From the human T2T-CHM13v2.0 reference genome, Homo sapiens, in NCBI RefSeq assembly GCF_009914755.1, contig NC_060926.1: a stretch of DNA of 64,000 nucleotides. One strand, written 5' to 3'. The notes under the pieces were generated by a model. That model saw only the letters and a program-made list of their open reading frames with translations, was not told the DNA's origin and did no database searches. The translations under genes and the position numbers were made by a program. Every line of letters begins with the position of its first letter. The stretch's first letter is position 1. This document shows, in pieces, positions 32,779 to 48,760 of this stretch.

Positions 32779-33209
32779 ATCATCTTTATTAATGTTGCCA
32801 ATCAGTACCTCATCAAATATTTATTAAGTTCTCATTCTAAGACCTTCTCAATGTAAAATAGTAAATCTGCCCAAAAAGCTAGATTGAGGCCAAGCCATGG
32901 GACCAAACTAAAACTTTAACTGTCCAGCTTACTTGCAATTTATATTTATTTCTGCAATTATATTTTTTCAACCAGACCAGTCATTTATTTAATTTTGTCA
33001 ACATAATTTCTCTTGAACCTTATAGGCTGATTTTTCCAGCATTTTACCTAGCAAATAATGGTAAGTTTAAGAACACTAAATGACTCATAATGTATTCACG
33101 TTTCATTTGCCTTACAAAAACCCAACTAAGCCACACAATGCTTAAGCAATAGAGAATTCCACATTAGTGATGCAAAATTAAATAATTTACTTTTACTCCT
33201 TGCTTTCAT

Positions 33210-33331
33210 TTTTTTGTTTTGTTTTGTTTTGTTTTTTTGTTTTTTTTTTTTTGAGATAGAGTATCACTCTGTCCTCTGTTGTCCAGGCTGGAGTGCAGTG
33301 GAGGGATCTCAGCTCACTGCAACCTCCGCCT
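33210..33331 (-). mobile_element. Heavily 5'-truncated Alu (3' part of right arm plus tail)
   Basis: (TTTTG)n/T tail, then GAGA..CCAGGCTGGAGTGCAGTGG..CTGCAACCTCCGCCT, ending abruptly. Confidence 0.9.
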
Positions 33332-34483
33332 GTTTTATTTATTAATTTCTATGATAAATAAATATTTCCTGTTGTATTTATTAATTTCTATAGTAGAATA
33401 TGATGTATTTTTATTGTACCTCTTCCTTATCCTTATACCTACAGAGAAGTCATTAAATATTGATTGGATAAATAAATGATTGAATTAATGAATATTAAAC
33501 TCTCAATAAAAATTTCTAAAAGTTTAGTTGTTAGTAATCCAGCTCTGCATTCAATTATGTGTAGTTTGGTCTTGCTAAAACTCTAACACTTCTGGATTAC
33601 TGCTACTGGTTATTCTGCTCTCCAGATACCGCATCCTATTTTACCAAGCTCCTTCCTTACCTGATCACAGTTTAAAACAATATATCTGCTCTTTCCCCAG
33701 CAGGATTCCCAGATTCTAGTTCTTTCTTCCAGGCAAGTTGTTCTTTTGTGATAATACTGAAACATCTGAGGTTGGCAGACCAGGCTTGTACTTCAGCATA
33801 GCATAGGTAAAGGTAGCTTCTGGGTTAGCATTCTGAGAAGTACTGTAGACCAATTCAGAAGCAATAGAAATGAACACATGCTATGAAATCTTTTAATTAC
33901 AAAGACATAAAGTATCAAATACTTCTTCATTGCTTTGGGGACCTAGGATACCCCATTTTTTGAGTTCAGGGTCTTTACTCTGGGGTTCATAAGAAAAATA
34001 CTAAGCATCCCTCATGCTCTTGAAATACATTATTTTCAATAATCCCACTTTTCTTTCTTTCTTTTCTTTTTTCCTTCCTTCAGAAAAACAAACAGAATGA
34101 AACAAGAAAATGGCACTGTCTCTCTGACACTAAGGACACAAATCACAGCTTTTCTTAGTGCATCAATGATTTACTGTAAAGAATTACGATTCTTGTTGTA
34201 ATTGTATTCTACTTTACATATTTTGAATAGTGTAAGTGCATTATTTACATGGTAATTATATAAATAAATCTGTCTGTCCTTGAACTAAGCATTGCTATTT
34301 AGAAAGCCAGGAAGTAAACAGACCCAGCGGTTTTGAATTCCATTCAAAGATCTGCACAGCAATGTGTAGGAGTTGAACTTTTCTCCTTAGAAGCAATAGC
34401 AGAGGCATGTAAGAAAACCATACTTTCTTTACCCTTCCAACTCAGAGGATCAAATCACTTTTGGTAACTTCTGCAGCTCTTAA

Positions 34484-34834
<351 letters not shown>

Positions 34835-36760
34835 TTATTGTTTATCTTTCATTCTTTAAAATATACTTACCAAGTCAACTACACTTTAAATCATTTAAAA
34901 TTTATTCTTTATCTTTCTCTAGACCCTAGCACACACTGCCTTCTCTATAACATAATAATGTTCAATAAATGTTAATCGATAATATATATTAATTTTATGT
35001 TAACAAATATTTACTGAGATGCTGAACTAAATACTTTGGAGAGGACCATGGGCAAGACACAGTCTTGGAAATCTTCAAGGAACTTATAACCCAGTGGAAG
35101 AAAATTGGGTACTGGAAGCAGTTATACAAAGTGGAATATAGTAAGTTCATAATAAAAGTACAAGTTGATAGGAGATTTAAAAGGAGGGAATCCATTGTAA
35201 TTTTTGTAATTGAAATTGTACTTTCTAGAAAACAGGATACCACTTAATGCATTATCAGATTGACGCTGATTGAAATAACAGCTTATTCTTGCTTTCTCTT
35301 AATATTACTTTTTACTACTAACTTTCATGGCTTTCATTATACTTCTTTTAGGTTACTCCCATCTAGTAGCTGGAAAAGGCCTCTATGAAAGCCTGTTTCT
35401 CTCATAAACAGAAGTTGTCACATATCTACATTCAAGCAAAATATATCTAGTCAATGGAGACAAGATGAGAGATGTATGCATATAAACCTGAAGATCATGT
35501 ATCTCTGAGTTCATTTTTTTAAGAGACTTGTCTTCCTTCTTGCTTTCAAAGTTATTTATGACTTCAAAAAAAGAACTTGCTTTCCTCTTCTTTTGGAAAA
35601 TGCTCCATGGTTAGTCTAACTTTACTCACTAATAACAATTCCTCATTCAGAGATGCAATAATGAGACATAATATTACAGAAACTCCAGAGTATGAGCAAC
35701 ACAGGCAGTTCAAACTGAGAAACAGACAATAGTGAAGCCTGAAACTATATTTGAAGAGGGATCTGGAAGAAAAGACAAGAGTAGAAAAGGGAAGAGCAGA
35801 GAAGGAAGCAATCTAGGTCCAAACAGAATGTATACATGCTTGGAGCCAGTTCTCTTAGTTTCATTGAATCATAATGAATATTTTCAGAAACAACTTTACA
35901 CCACTTTATTTAAGCCTCCATTTTGTGCCTTTTATTATCAAGTGTTCATTTTCCATTAGTGATTTCCAGATTTCAGCACTTTCATTGTCTTTTCCAAAGT
36001 TGGTGTAATTTTTATATGCAAACATGTATTGATCCCGCTCAAAATCAATTCTTGTTTTGTAAAGGGCTTCACTTTCATTTTTTTCTTCAGTGATATTATT
36101 ATTCCTATATCATCTCCAGCTACCAGCCACTTTTTTCTATAATAAAACAGACACATTACTTTCCATACCTGATGTATATTTTGTATGAAAGGTATATACA
36201 GATTGTTCATGTATTCAAATAAAAAAATGAGGACACATGGCTGCACAGAGCACATTTCCTTTGGTTTATATGTTTTTTTCCACAAAAAGCATATAGTGCT
36301 ATAAAAATTATATTACATTTACCCATCCATACAAAACGTTACTTTGATTGAGAAAGTATAGAATTATGTGAAAGTAAATGCACATTTCAGCAAAAAGTGT
36401 ATCAGTTAACAATAATATTGCATTTTATTTTGTCCATTGTTAACTATTGAAGTTGATGGCATATTTTTCTGTTTACACTTGCTTGAAATTAGGTAGAACA
36501 CTTAGTTCTTATGTGTTCTTTAACATGTCTTGGAAAAGATCAGAATAATTAATTTGAAGTATCAAGAAATAGCCTTTTATTGGGTATTGATAAATTTTTT
36601 TACATGCAGTTTCATTAATTAGTAAAGATGCCCATTGCATCCCTCACAATTGACAATGAGATATTGAGATTGTACCTTTTTTAATATTTAAAATACTAAT
36701 TGTTCTCAAAGTAGAAATCTCACAGTACACTCAGATATCTTATACTTTCATAAAAGTCAT

Positions 36761-37254
36761 TGTATTAGTCAAGGTTCTCCAGAGAAATGGAAATAATAGT
36801 TTAGATATAGTACAGAGATTATATAGACAGAGATTTATTATGATGAATTGGCTCATATAATTATGGAGGCTAAGTCCCATGATCTGCTATCTGCAGGATG
36901 ACACCCCAGGAGAGCCTGTGGTGTAATTCCAGTCTGAATCTCAAGGCCTGAGACCCAGGGGAATAGATAATATAAATCACAGTCAAGGAAAAGAGAGGAC
37001 TCATGTCTGAGCTCAAGCAAGCAGGCAAGAAGAGAATGAGTTCAAGTCCTCCTGTCCTCCATTTTTTTGTTCAACTCAGGACCTCAACAGGTTAGATGGT
37101 GCCCACCCACGCTGAGGAGGACAATCTGCTTTACTGAGTCCACTGATTAAAGTGTTAATCTTATCTGGAAACACCCTCACAGACAAAACCAGAAATAATA
37201 TTTAATCTGGGCACTGCATGGCCCAGTCAAGGTGACACAGAATTAACCATCATA
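36761..37254 (-). mobile_element. MLT2B-like (ERVL) solo LTR
   Basis: TGTATTAGTCAAGGTTCTCCAGAGAAA ... GAATTGGCTCA..ATTATGGAGGCT ... AAACACCCTCACAGAC ... CCAGTCAAGGTGACACAGAATTAACCATCA. Confidence 0.9.
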
Positions 37255-40200
37255 CAGTCTATTTAGAAGAGCACTGTCCACACTATAACATGTTCTCATA
37301 CAAATAGGGAAAAAAAGGTCAAACATTTTCCAGTCTTTCTTCTTTCCTTTCCTTCCTATATTATTTTACATACATTTATTTATATGTTAGTTCTTTTGAA
37401 AGAACATTATTATCACTGCTACTTACTTCAACTAAAGAAACAATTAAAACTCAACTTCTGTTCTCACAGTTTCACATGAGGCAATGAAACAAATAATGCT
37501 AACTAAACTATTACTTCACGTAGAAATATTATGAAATAAATTTAGATATTAAATGTATATACTAGAACTCATCTGCATCCTGCTCTCCAAAAAAAAAAAG
37601 ACCCAAATAAAAATTACCACTATGAAAGTCATCAATAACATTTTACACAATGTATTATTACAGACCTTAGAGAGTAACACAAGAATGCCATCTGGATCTA
37701 AATGCCTCCTGAGAACAAGTACTGATTCTGATTATCTGTAATAATAACTCCTAGAGTAGAAATTCAACTTTAATACCAAACTTCTTCCATCAGTTTCCTA
37801 GAAAAACTTTAAACTCACTCTTCCGTAAGAAATCTGGACACTGAAATGCCACAAAGCTGTGGATAATCCTTTTGGTCACAAGAAATATGTCCTCTAAACT
37901 AAGAAATCTGTTAATTGTACTAAATGAAGCACACAGTGACCTCAACTAAAGTCAGCTCCCAAATTTCAGTGTTAAAAAACATATTAAGAGTGACATATAA
38001 GTTCTACATGAATATTGACACTATGCTTTTTACATATCATATGATATTGTGAGCAGGATGGCTGAACTGGACACATACTGTGTTTTAATTTGATCTACCA
38101 TGAGCACCCGAAATAGAAATAATAAAAAACACCCTTGCTTTAGAAACATGTGTGGATTACATTAAGAAAAGAAAGAGGATACTAAATCTGATGTTTGTAT
38201 ATATTATAAAGGTATTTCTCAAATCACCTTTCTGACACCTTTTCTATATCGATCAAATACTGTTAGACTGACATTGTCTGACCTGTCTAAATCCATCAAT
38301 AGCTAGGCTCTTGATGCCTGATTCCCAGGGTACTTTAGCTCTTAGTCTTAAATATGAATATTATTCATAAGCTTTTTTACTAAAGAGATCAATCATTGTG
38401 TGCATATTAAATTTGCATTATTTCTGCTGTTAACAGTGCCCTTTGGCTGGCCACAGATTACACTCTTATGCATAGGCTGCCATAGACAATAAACATTTCA
38501 TTAGTGACACTTGAAATGTACTCACAGGATACCATATCCCCAAGAGTGTATATGTGAATTATAAGAAACCTGTTTAATGTTAGGGCAAGTACATATTCCC
38601 TATAGTTTGCATTGTATTTCTATTCTGGGTGCCACAAACCCTACCATTAAATATATTTTGCCCACTTAAAAACTGCTTTGTGGGGATGGCATGTCTTAAT
38701 TGTTCCCAAGACAATGCATAATGCACTGCTGTTATGGGCCTTCAGTTAAACTAATAGGCAGGCAAGTTGCTGCCTGGCTTCAGCAGATTTTAAAGCACTA
38801 ATGAAACACACTGTACGAAACAACAGTGACAAAAACTTTTTAGCAGGGGAAGAAAAATAAGATTCCAGAAGAGGTTTCCTAGTTTTTAATAAATAAAAAT
38901 AAACAGAAAATGTGTTTTACTGACTCATTCTGATGCTTCTATTGTCTTCTGTACGTAATATATTTTAAGAACAGTGAAATATTCATGCCAAATTTTCCAA
39001 AGCAACTAATTTGTGTATAAAAATTATGCAGAGGAAGACAAAATCAGCTAGTTGCCATTACGAATCAGGCAGTTGTGCATGTAAAACAGGTAATGGCATA
39101 TTTTGTACCAGCAATTACCTTTCTTGCACCTGTGAGTCTCTGTTTTGCATATGTAAGTAGGTCCCTGTTTATTGCATTTAAAGCTGCTACCTCAGCTTCT
39201 TTAGGTAAACTTTATGTTTTACTAAATGTCATTCCAAAACAAAAAAAAAGGGGCATTTCTATGGTGGGTTTATGTGTATGGTGGGCACGTGTGTGCCTGT
39301 GTGTATGCTTTTTAAATAACTGTAAAATTGATGCTAACTTTATTTGGTTTTAACTACTGTACCTTGCAGGGCCATGTTCGATGATACAAAATATTTCCTT
39401 TTGGTTTTATGACACAAATGTCTAAATGTCCTGCTTCTGAGATGTATCAATCAAATCAAAGGTTCAAATTTAATATTATCCAGGTGCCAGGATGAGAGGG
39501 AAAATGATACTTCAGTTCACAGTCAACCGATGCAGAATGACTTCACAGTCAATAACAGGCTCCTGCATATACCTCTTGTAGATCCATTACTTCAGGGTTC
39601 ATAAAGTGGAATGCAGCACTTCTGACAATGCCTTAGGATTTTTTCTCTCCCTATATATTTTTTAATTGTTACTTGCATAGAAAAGGGAAAATATCAAATT
39701 CACTTTTCATAGGATAATTTTATATAGGAATTATAAGCAATTAAAATCCACAGTGTTTCAAGGACACTTCACAGCTTTTCAATAAACTGAAGCAAACCCC
39801 TGAATCCATTTTTATAATCCTACTGCATATAGTAGCTAGTCATTCTGAAGCTATCAAACTGAATGCTTGAATACTTCTTACTGGCCTATTATTTATCATT
39901 AAATATCCAAGAAGGTACACAAGACATGATCTATCCAGCAGACCACACCACTAGGCACATGTCTAAGAAGAAAAATTTCAAGCAAAAGTATCCAATTGAA
40001 CTTCATTACTTGCCAATTTTATGGCAAATAGCATACTATATTTGTTGATTTTTATTCCAGGCAACTGTATGAGAAAAGTTTATGGTCAGGAGTAAATTTT
40101 AGATTTACAAGTCAGGCTGTTTCAAAATCAGGGAATGTAATGTCTTGCTTCTCTCTTGAGGCCCTAGAAAGGGGACCTAGAAGTTGTAACATGATTACCT

Positions 40201-40527
40201 AATGATAATGGAACTTCTGGCACTTCCCTAAGGACAAAGTTTGCCACTGATACATTGTCATTTACTAGGTATAGTGAGTAAGATGGACATAAGACTGGAC
40301 TTAAAGTCAGCTACTTAAAGGTCAAGGGTATGATAAACTTGATGATTTATCACATATATGGTGATGATGATCACCAGACAACAAAAGGGAAGGAAGCATA
40401 AGGAGCAGACTTTTTTCCTTTTTCCAACTAGACTTAGTCTTTTGGCCGAGGAAAGGGTAAGGCATAGTTTGCCCTAGAGGTTAAAGAAATAATAATGTTC
40501 TACATGTACAGGGTCATTTCTCTGAAA

Positions 40528-40751
40528 CAGAGGTCAGCAAAGTCTTTCTGTAAAGGGTCAGACAGCAAACATTTTATGCTTGGCAGGCCATATGGTGTCT
40601 GTTGCAACAATTCAATTCTGCCATTGTAGCAAAACAGCAGCCATAGACAATTCGTAAATGAAATGGGTGTATCTGTGTTCAAGAAAATCTTATTTACAAT
40701 GACAGGCACTGGGCCAGATTTGGCTCATAGAGTGTAGTTTGCTGACAGCTG
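40528..40751 (+). mobile_element. MER58A (hAT-Charlie MITE)
   Basis: CAGAGGTCAGCAAA..TTCTGTAAAGGGTCAGA ... GGGCCAGATTTGGC..TAGTTTGCTGACAGCTG. Confidence 0.88.
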
Positions 40752-41157
40752 ATCTAAATGAAAAACAAACAAACAGAACAACAACAACAAAAAACCTTTA
40801 TGAGCTTGAACAAAATCAATGTTATAAGGGTAAGAGGGAATCTTTGCCATTGTTGATGCTCACATCTTCCTGCTTCATGACATCCATCTTTTGGAGGCGT
40901 GTACAGCTACAGCCATGTGTGGGGTTATGAACTCAAGGTTTCTCTTTCTTTATTTCTCAGCATTATATCCCTTATTCCAATTGTTACCAACAGATAAACA
41001 ATAATTAATTTTGTGTGTGAGGGTTGTACATTGGGAGCCTGAGGGGCCATTTAAGAGAGCACTTTAGCTATGGATGGACAAAGAATGGAAAACAAAGAAA
41101 TCCATGAAATTCTTAGAAGTATTAGGATAGAAAATAATTTTTTAAAAGGAAAAACAT

Positions 41158-41467
<310 letters not shown>

Positions 41468-41577
41468 TTAATTCATGCATCAGGTAAACAAGTGAAATGG
41501 CAAAAAAAAGTCATCCCCCTTGTTCCCTTTTCTTCAAGAAGATGAAGAAAGAGGAAAAAGAAGAAAAACGTGGAGCA

Positions 41578-41770
41578 GTAATAATCCCTACAGCGTACCA
41601 GGTGCAGTGCAAAGTGTTTTGCATGCGTTTATTCTAGCAATTTAATTCTAGAAAGAATCTTGTGAATTAGACTCTGTTGTTACAGCCAATTTACATATGA
41701 GGAAACAGAGACTCAGCATGGGCTCAGAAACTTACTCAAGGTCAAACAAGCAAATGACAGAATGGGAATA
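41578..41770 (-). mobile_element. MIR
   Basis: TTTACATATGAGGAAACAGAGACTCAG..ACTTACTCAAGGTCA. Confidence 0.7.
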
Positions 41771-44700
41771 CTCTGGAATAACTGATCAGTATCTACATGG
41801 AAAGCAAGCATAATGTGAATTCACCAATTCACATATAAAATTTCCAAGAAAAGAAATGTCAAGTAGGTCAATAAAAGACCCATAATTTTTAACTTGAAAA
41901 AATCTTGTATTAAGTTGGCTATAATTTATCTTTGATATGCTCTAGATCCTGAATTATATTTATAATAATAATATAAGTATGTATGTGCCTCCTTAAATTT
42001 CCATCATGAAGATTTCCCAATGATAGCACCATTGGTTACCCCTTTTCAAATCTCTTGTGTAAATGACTCTTGCCTAGATCGAGTCTATCAACTGTCACCA
42101 TATCTACCAGTATAAGGTCTGGCACATAATAGCTACTTTTCTGAGAAAATACAAAGCAGAGCATAATTGTTGTTTCCTGCCAATCAGTTCTGTTCACCAT
42201 ACCTGTAAAGTTTGCTGAGAAATATATTTTAAATTCTCATCATGCTATTCACTCTACTTGAAATATCTTTCCTATAACCTAGTCCTCTTCATGGTTTCAA
42301 AATAAATGAATATTTAAAAAAATGGCTTTTTAACTTTCTGCTCAAAATTGACCCCATCATTTCTACCTATACTTCATTGTTAAAAGCTAGTCACATGGAC
42401 ATGGATGTATACTCCTTACCAAGAAAGGACTGCAAGCTCTTGGCAATGGGCAGGAATGTCTAATTCTCTCATATGGGAAGAGATAATAAATATTTGAGGA
42501 TAATAAAAAGACCTATCAGTGCAACAAGATTTTGGTTAGGAAATGTAGAGAACATAGAAAACTTAAGTAAGACATGTAAATAGTGATCTGACAAAGTGAT
42601 ACAAGTTATTATAATGAATGATTTAAAATAGTAGTTCTTAATATATTTAGACCAACTTAACCGGAGCAAAAGACCCAAAGGTCCACTACTGAATATCCAG
42701 ATGAAAAGGATTTGGTATTAACAAAGAAGTAGCATTCTACAAGCGAGTATTATCTATATATTTTGCAAGCTTTTACATAAATTTGCATTAGTAGGAGAGG
42801 AATAATTTATTTATATCCAAAATCTAACACATATATGTCTTAAAGTCTAGATATAGTTCTAAAATATTGATTACAATATGTATCACTACAAAATCTAGAG
42901 TTAACCAGAAAACTTTCACCAAACACAGTGATTATAATAAAACTATGTTTTATTATTAAGTAATTTAAAAATAAAAAATCAGCTATGAGAAGCCATGAAC
43001 AACTCAGGACAACTGTCTCCTCTGTTTTTTTTTGGAAATTTCAACTTTTTATGAGTATTTACATGCCACAAGCATTTGTAACAATTGCACATATTATGCA
43101 GCAAGAAGATTTCTTAGTACAATTCTGATTCAAACCCTTAATAAGTACTATTAAAGTAAAATTTTAGTAACTTTACAGTTTACTAAATAAAAGATGGTAG
43201 TATGTTTAAAGAGTCTTTAAGATTACATGGCATTGTTGTTTACTACCAGAACAAGAGAAAGAAATTACACTTATTGATTTGGCTTCCCCCATTAAAAGAA
43301 TCCTGATTATCAATCAATTGGTATTTCATAGGTCATATTTTGAGATTCAGTATTTTATAATATCCAAGAAGACATCAAACAATTAAAATTATTATAGACT
43401 TGATAAAAACCAGATAATTCTAAATTATATTCTGAAATCTAACATCAATACTTTCTGTTCAACCAAATTTATGAGCCTTCTGGATGTTTGCTAGCTTACT
43501 ACAGTCATGATATCAAAGGCGAGATTCATGTGTGTGACAGAAGTGAGGATGCATGAGAGACTTAATCAACTCCAGTTTACTATAGCCTGGCTATACTGAT
43601 CTATGAGCCAGAGGAAATTTGCAAATAATAGTGTCTGATCTTCATGAAGAAGTCTTCAGGAAGAGCAGAAGATATGCCAAAAAAAATTTTTTGTCCATCT
43701 TAATTATATTTCACTGATGAGCACCAATCTACAAAATGATGAGGAAAACTTCCCATAGTAAAGCATCTCAGTTAAAGTAAATTCTTTGAAAATTTAACGT
43801 GTATTAGCAGCTTTCCAAAACTCGTTACTTCATCAATGCCAGAGAACTGGCATTTATTAAGTAAACAAAAACAGATGGTGTAATATGTAAGCAACTACCA
43901 CCAGAGTTAAAGAGGTCATGATTTTGTGAAGAACCAAGTAGAAATGGGTCTAGAAATTTTAAAAATGCAACTCTATAGAATGATTCCCTTCAGGAATATA
44001 TTAATATTCCTGGATTAGTATTAGTATGTAATATGTTGTTGGGCACCAAATATTTTTTTAAATTTACACATGCACATTCAAACACAATGTGTATATAAAA
44101 TCAATAACACAGATACTCTAGGAACATGTTTCATGAAATCATCTTAACCTCACAAACTTATGGGTAATTTCCTGCCCTGGTCTTTCCAACAGCCCAGCTT
44201 GACACATGGCAGACCACTGGCAGTGGAAAATGCTTTCATTTATTAATTACTCATCTCCTGGGTTACAGAGCCACCCAGAGGGTACTGTAAACAGTTTTCA
44301 ATTTCTTCCTACATATAAATCATTTAGTAACTCTTAGTTCAACACAGCTCCTACCAGAGCAGGCAACAAATATATCTCAGGATGCAAACATATCTATCAC
44401 ATGAGTTGTGTACCTGTTGCCTGACTCACACTTTTTTTCTGTATAGCCCTGTATGTTGGTAGTCTAACAAAACTTTTCACTGGCATTGAGAGTCAAGTCA
44501 GAACCTTCTATATTATTCAAATGAGATGGGCTCAAATTATATCATTCTCGTAACATTCCTATACACTTTTCCTTTTCTCTCTCTTTCTCTTCAGCGATTT
44601 CTCCACATTTGGTGTATTTTCCTATTCTGTTAAACCAGATTTATAAATAAGCATTGCTGAGCCTCTAAGTACTCTCTCCTGAAAATGTATTCTAAGAGAA

Positions 44701-47514
44701 ATTCTGACCCATCACAAACTCATAATTCTAGTGTCCAAAGCCATGCTCAAATGAGGTCATAGGATTTAAGTTCCCAGAACTAGACTTAAAACAATATCAT
44801 TTATGCAAGGATGTTTTATATTCAAAGTGCTATACTCAAATTCTTTTTAAACTGACCAAGCTGATTTTGTCTTACTTAACCTTGTTACTACTTGGTCAAA
44901 TCTCCACCACTGAAATATTATGTAAGTAAAGATCCAGCATTAGGAAAGTCTGCTTTTCACTATATAGTACTTCTAATTAACATTTTCTTTCTGTCCTCAT
45001 TAACTGCTGCCATACTTATTTAGTTGACCACATCAGTGTCTACTATGCACAATACCATTTATAAGCCATTTGGGGGAAGGAAAGAAAGGCAAGTGCATTT
45101 AAATTTCCATTTCTGTTTATCTTTAAAGCTAAACAGTGGCCTTCAAGAAAATTTTTAGCTGTATCCAGTTCTGCAGGCATGTATATTTAGTTCCTGATAA
45201 TATGATAGTTAATGCAAAGAAGCTTTTCTTGTTTCTGGTCCTTAGATGGCCTCTAGTTATGCCTCTCCAATGAATAAAATATCTTAACTTGTGGGTTTTA
45301 AGTGCTGGTAAAAAAAAAATTTAAGTGACACATTGATCAGAATAAGAAACATTCTTAGAAAGAAGAAAGATTTGGATACCATCTGTGTACTGGTAATAAT
45401 AAAGCCCACATAAGCTTTCTTGGTAAGGTGAGGATCAAAGAGAAGTAGGAGAAAGCATAGTTGAGCACCCCAAAAATAGCCATTAATGGGAAAAGAGGGC
45501 AGAAAGAACCTGAAAAAGAGACACAAAATGAGTATTTTGAAAGGTCTGAGAAGGAAGAAATTATGGTGTCATTGAAGTTAAGCGGAAAAGGGTAGCAAGG
45601 AAGAAAGGAAAGCTGATGAAGTAAACTGCAGTAGAAAGGAACACTAAGGTAAAGCTAGAAAAGGGGCTGTGAATTTATATAGAAGGAATTCATTGATGAC
45701 CCTATTGAGAATAGTAGTGGTAGAGTAAAATTATGAAAGTAAAATTGCAAAACATTAAGTTGGGAGTGGTGGTGGGGGACGGGGGGCGGGAATAGAAGTA
45801 GTTGTTTTAAACTAGACAATCAGCAAATTGAGATTTCATAGGAAGAAAAAAGGATTTGAAAATAGCTGGAAAAATTGTAGCGTCAAGAACAATTTTCTGC
45901 AAAAATAGAAGGGCTCTGATAATGATTACAAGTTATATTCAGGTATACCCTGTTTTATTGCACTTCATTTTATTAAGCTTTGCAGATATTATGTTTTTTA
46001 TGAATTGAAGCTTTGTGGCAACCCTGCATCGAGTAAGTCTATCAGGGCCATTTTTCCAACAGCATGTGCTCACTTTTCTCTGTATCACATTTTGGTAACT
46101 GTCACAATACTTCAAACTTTTTTATTATCATTATGTCTGTTATGGTGATCTGTGATCAGTGATCTTTGATATCATTATTGTAATTGTTTTGGGACACCAT
46201 GGACCGCGCCTACATAAAGTGGCAAACTTAATTGATAAATGTCGTGTGTGTTTTTACTGCTCCACCAACTGGCCATTCTCCTATTTCTCTCCCCCTCCTT
46301 GGACTTCTCTGTTCCTTGAGACACAATAATATTGAAATTATGCCAATTAATAACCCTACAATGGCCTCTAAGCATTCAAGTGAAAGGAAGAGTTATATGT
46401 CTGTCACTTTAAATCAAAAGCTAGAAATGATTAAGCTTAATGAGGAAGGCATTTCAAAAGCCCAGATAGATTGAAAGCTAGGCCTCTTGTACCAGTTAGC
46501 CAAGATGTGAATGCAAAGGAAAAGTTCTTGAAATAAATTTAAAAAGTACTAATCCAGTGAACACACAAATGATAAGAATGTGAAACAGCCTTATTGCTGA
46601 TAAGAAGAAAGTTTGAGTGGTCTGGATAGAAAATCAAACCAACCACAACATTCCCTTACCAAAGCCTAATCAAGAGCAATACCTGAACTCTCTTCAATTC
46701 TGTGAATGTTGAGAGAGGTGAAGAAGCTGTAGAAGAAACACCTGAACCTAGAAAAGGTTAGTTCATGAGATTTAAGGAAAGAAGCCATCTCTATAACATA
46801 AAAGTGCAAGATGAAGTAGCAAGTGCTGATGTGGAAGCTATAGCAAATTATCCAGATAAAGCTAACATTACTGATACAGGATGCTACAATAAACAATACA
46901 TTTTCCATGTAGATAAAACAGCCTTCTATTGAAAAACGATGCCATCTAGGACTTCCATAGCTAAAGAGAAGAGGTCAACTCCTGGCTTCAAAACTTCAAA
47001 GTACAAGATGACTCTTGTTATGGACTAACACAGTTGGTGATTTTATGTCAGAGCCAATGCTCACTTACCATTCAGCAAATCGTGGGGCCCTTAAGAATCA
47101 TGCTGAATATACTGCATCTGTGCTCTATAAATGGAACAACAGTCTGGATGTCAGCTCAAGTCTTTACAGCATGGTTCACTGAACATTTTAAGCCCACTAT
47201 TGAGACCCACTGCTTAGAGAAAAAGATTCCTTTCAAAATATTACTGCTCGGTGACAATCCACCTTGTCACCCAAGAACTCAATGGAGATGTATAAGGAGA
47301 TTAATGTTGTCTTCGTGCCTGCTAACACAACATTCATTCTGCTGCTCATGGATCTAGGAGTAATTTCAAATTTCAAGTCATTATTTAAGAAATACATTTT
47401 GTAAGGCTACAGCTGTCATAGATGGTGATTCTTCTGATGAATCCGGGGAAAATAAATTTAAAATCTCCGTAAAGGATCAACCATTCTAGACGCCATTAAG
47501 AACATTGGTGATCT

Positions 47515-47841
<327 letters not shown>

Positions 47842-48460
47842 TCAAAATAAATATCAATATTAGCATGAGTTTTAGAAAAAGTTGATCCAATCCTCATTAA
47901 TGACTTTGAGGTGGTTAAGACTTCAGTGGAGGAAGTAACGGCAGATGTGGTGGAAATAGCAAGAGAACTGGAATAAAATGTGGAGCCTGAAGATGTGACT
48001 GAATTGCTGCAATCTCATGATAAAACTTGAACAGATGAAGAGTTGCTTCATGCAGACGAGCAAAGAAAGTGGTTTCCTGAGATAGTATCTACTCCTAGTG
48101 AAGATACTGTGAATATTGTTGAAATGACAACAAAAGATTTAGAATATCACATAAACTTAGTTTATAAAGTAGCAGCAGGGTTTGAGAGGATTGACTCCAA
48201 TTTTGAAAGAAGTTCTACTGGAGGTAAAATGCTATCAAACTGCTTCACAAGACACAGAGAAATCTTTAATGAAAAGAAGAGTCAATTGATGCTGCAAACT
48301 TTGTCTTATTTGAAGAAATTGCCACAGCCACCCTAATCTTCAGCACTATCACTGTCATCATCAGCAGTCATGTACACTGAGGCAAGACCCTCTACCAGCA
48401 AAACAATTATGACTTGCTGAAGGCTCAGATGATTGTTAGCAGTTTTAAGCAATAAAGCAT

Positions 48461-48760
48461 TTTTTTCTGAGTTGTGGTCTCTGTTGCCCAGGATGGAGTG
48501 CAGTGGGGCAATCATAGCTCATGGCAGCCTCAGATTCCTGGGCTCAAGTGATCCTCCCACATCAGCCTCCTGAGTAGTTTAAACTATAGAAGCATACCAC
48601 CATGCCCAGGTAATTTTTTTTCCTTCCTTTTTTTTTTTTTTTTTTAAGAGAGGAGGTCTCACTATTGCTCAAGCTGGTGTTGCACTACTAGCCTCAAGAG
48701 ATCCTCCCGCCACAGCCTCCTGAGTAGCTGAGATTACTGATGTGAACCACTACACTCAGC
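48461..48760 (-). mobile_element. AluJ inside Tigger1
   Basis: J-type ATCATAGCTCA..GCAGCCTC..CCTGGGCTCAAGTGATCCTCCC; degenerate TSD AAGCATTTT/AAGTATTTT. Confidence 0.9.

Noticed and set aside
39119-39210. Minus-frame peptide KEAEVAALNAINRDLLTYAKQRLTGARK, superficially tropomyosin-like
   Set aside because: In-frame stop just upstream, no credible acceptor, and the similarity is limited to a few residues
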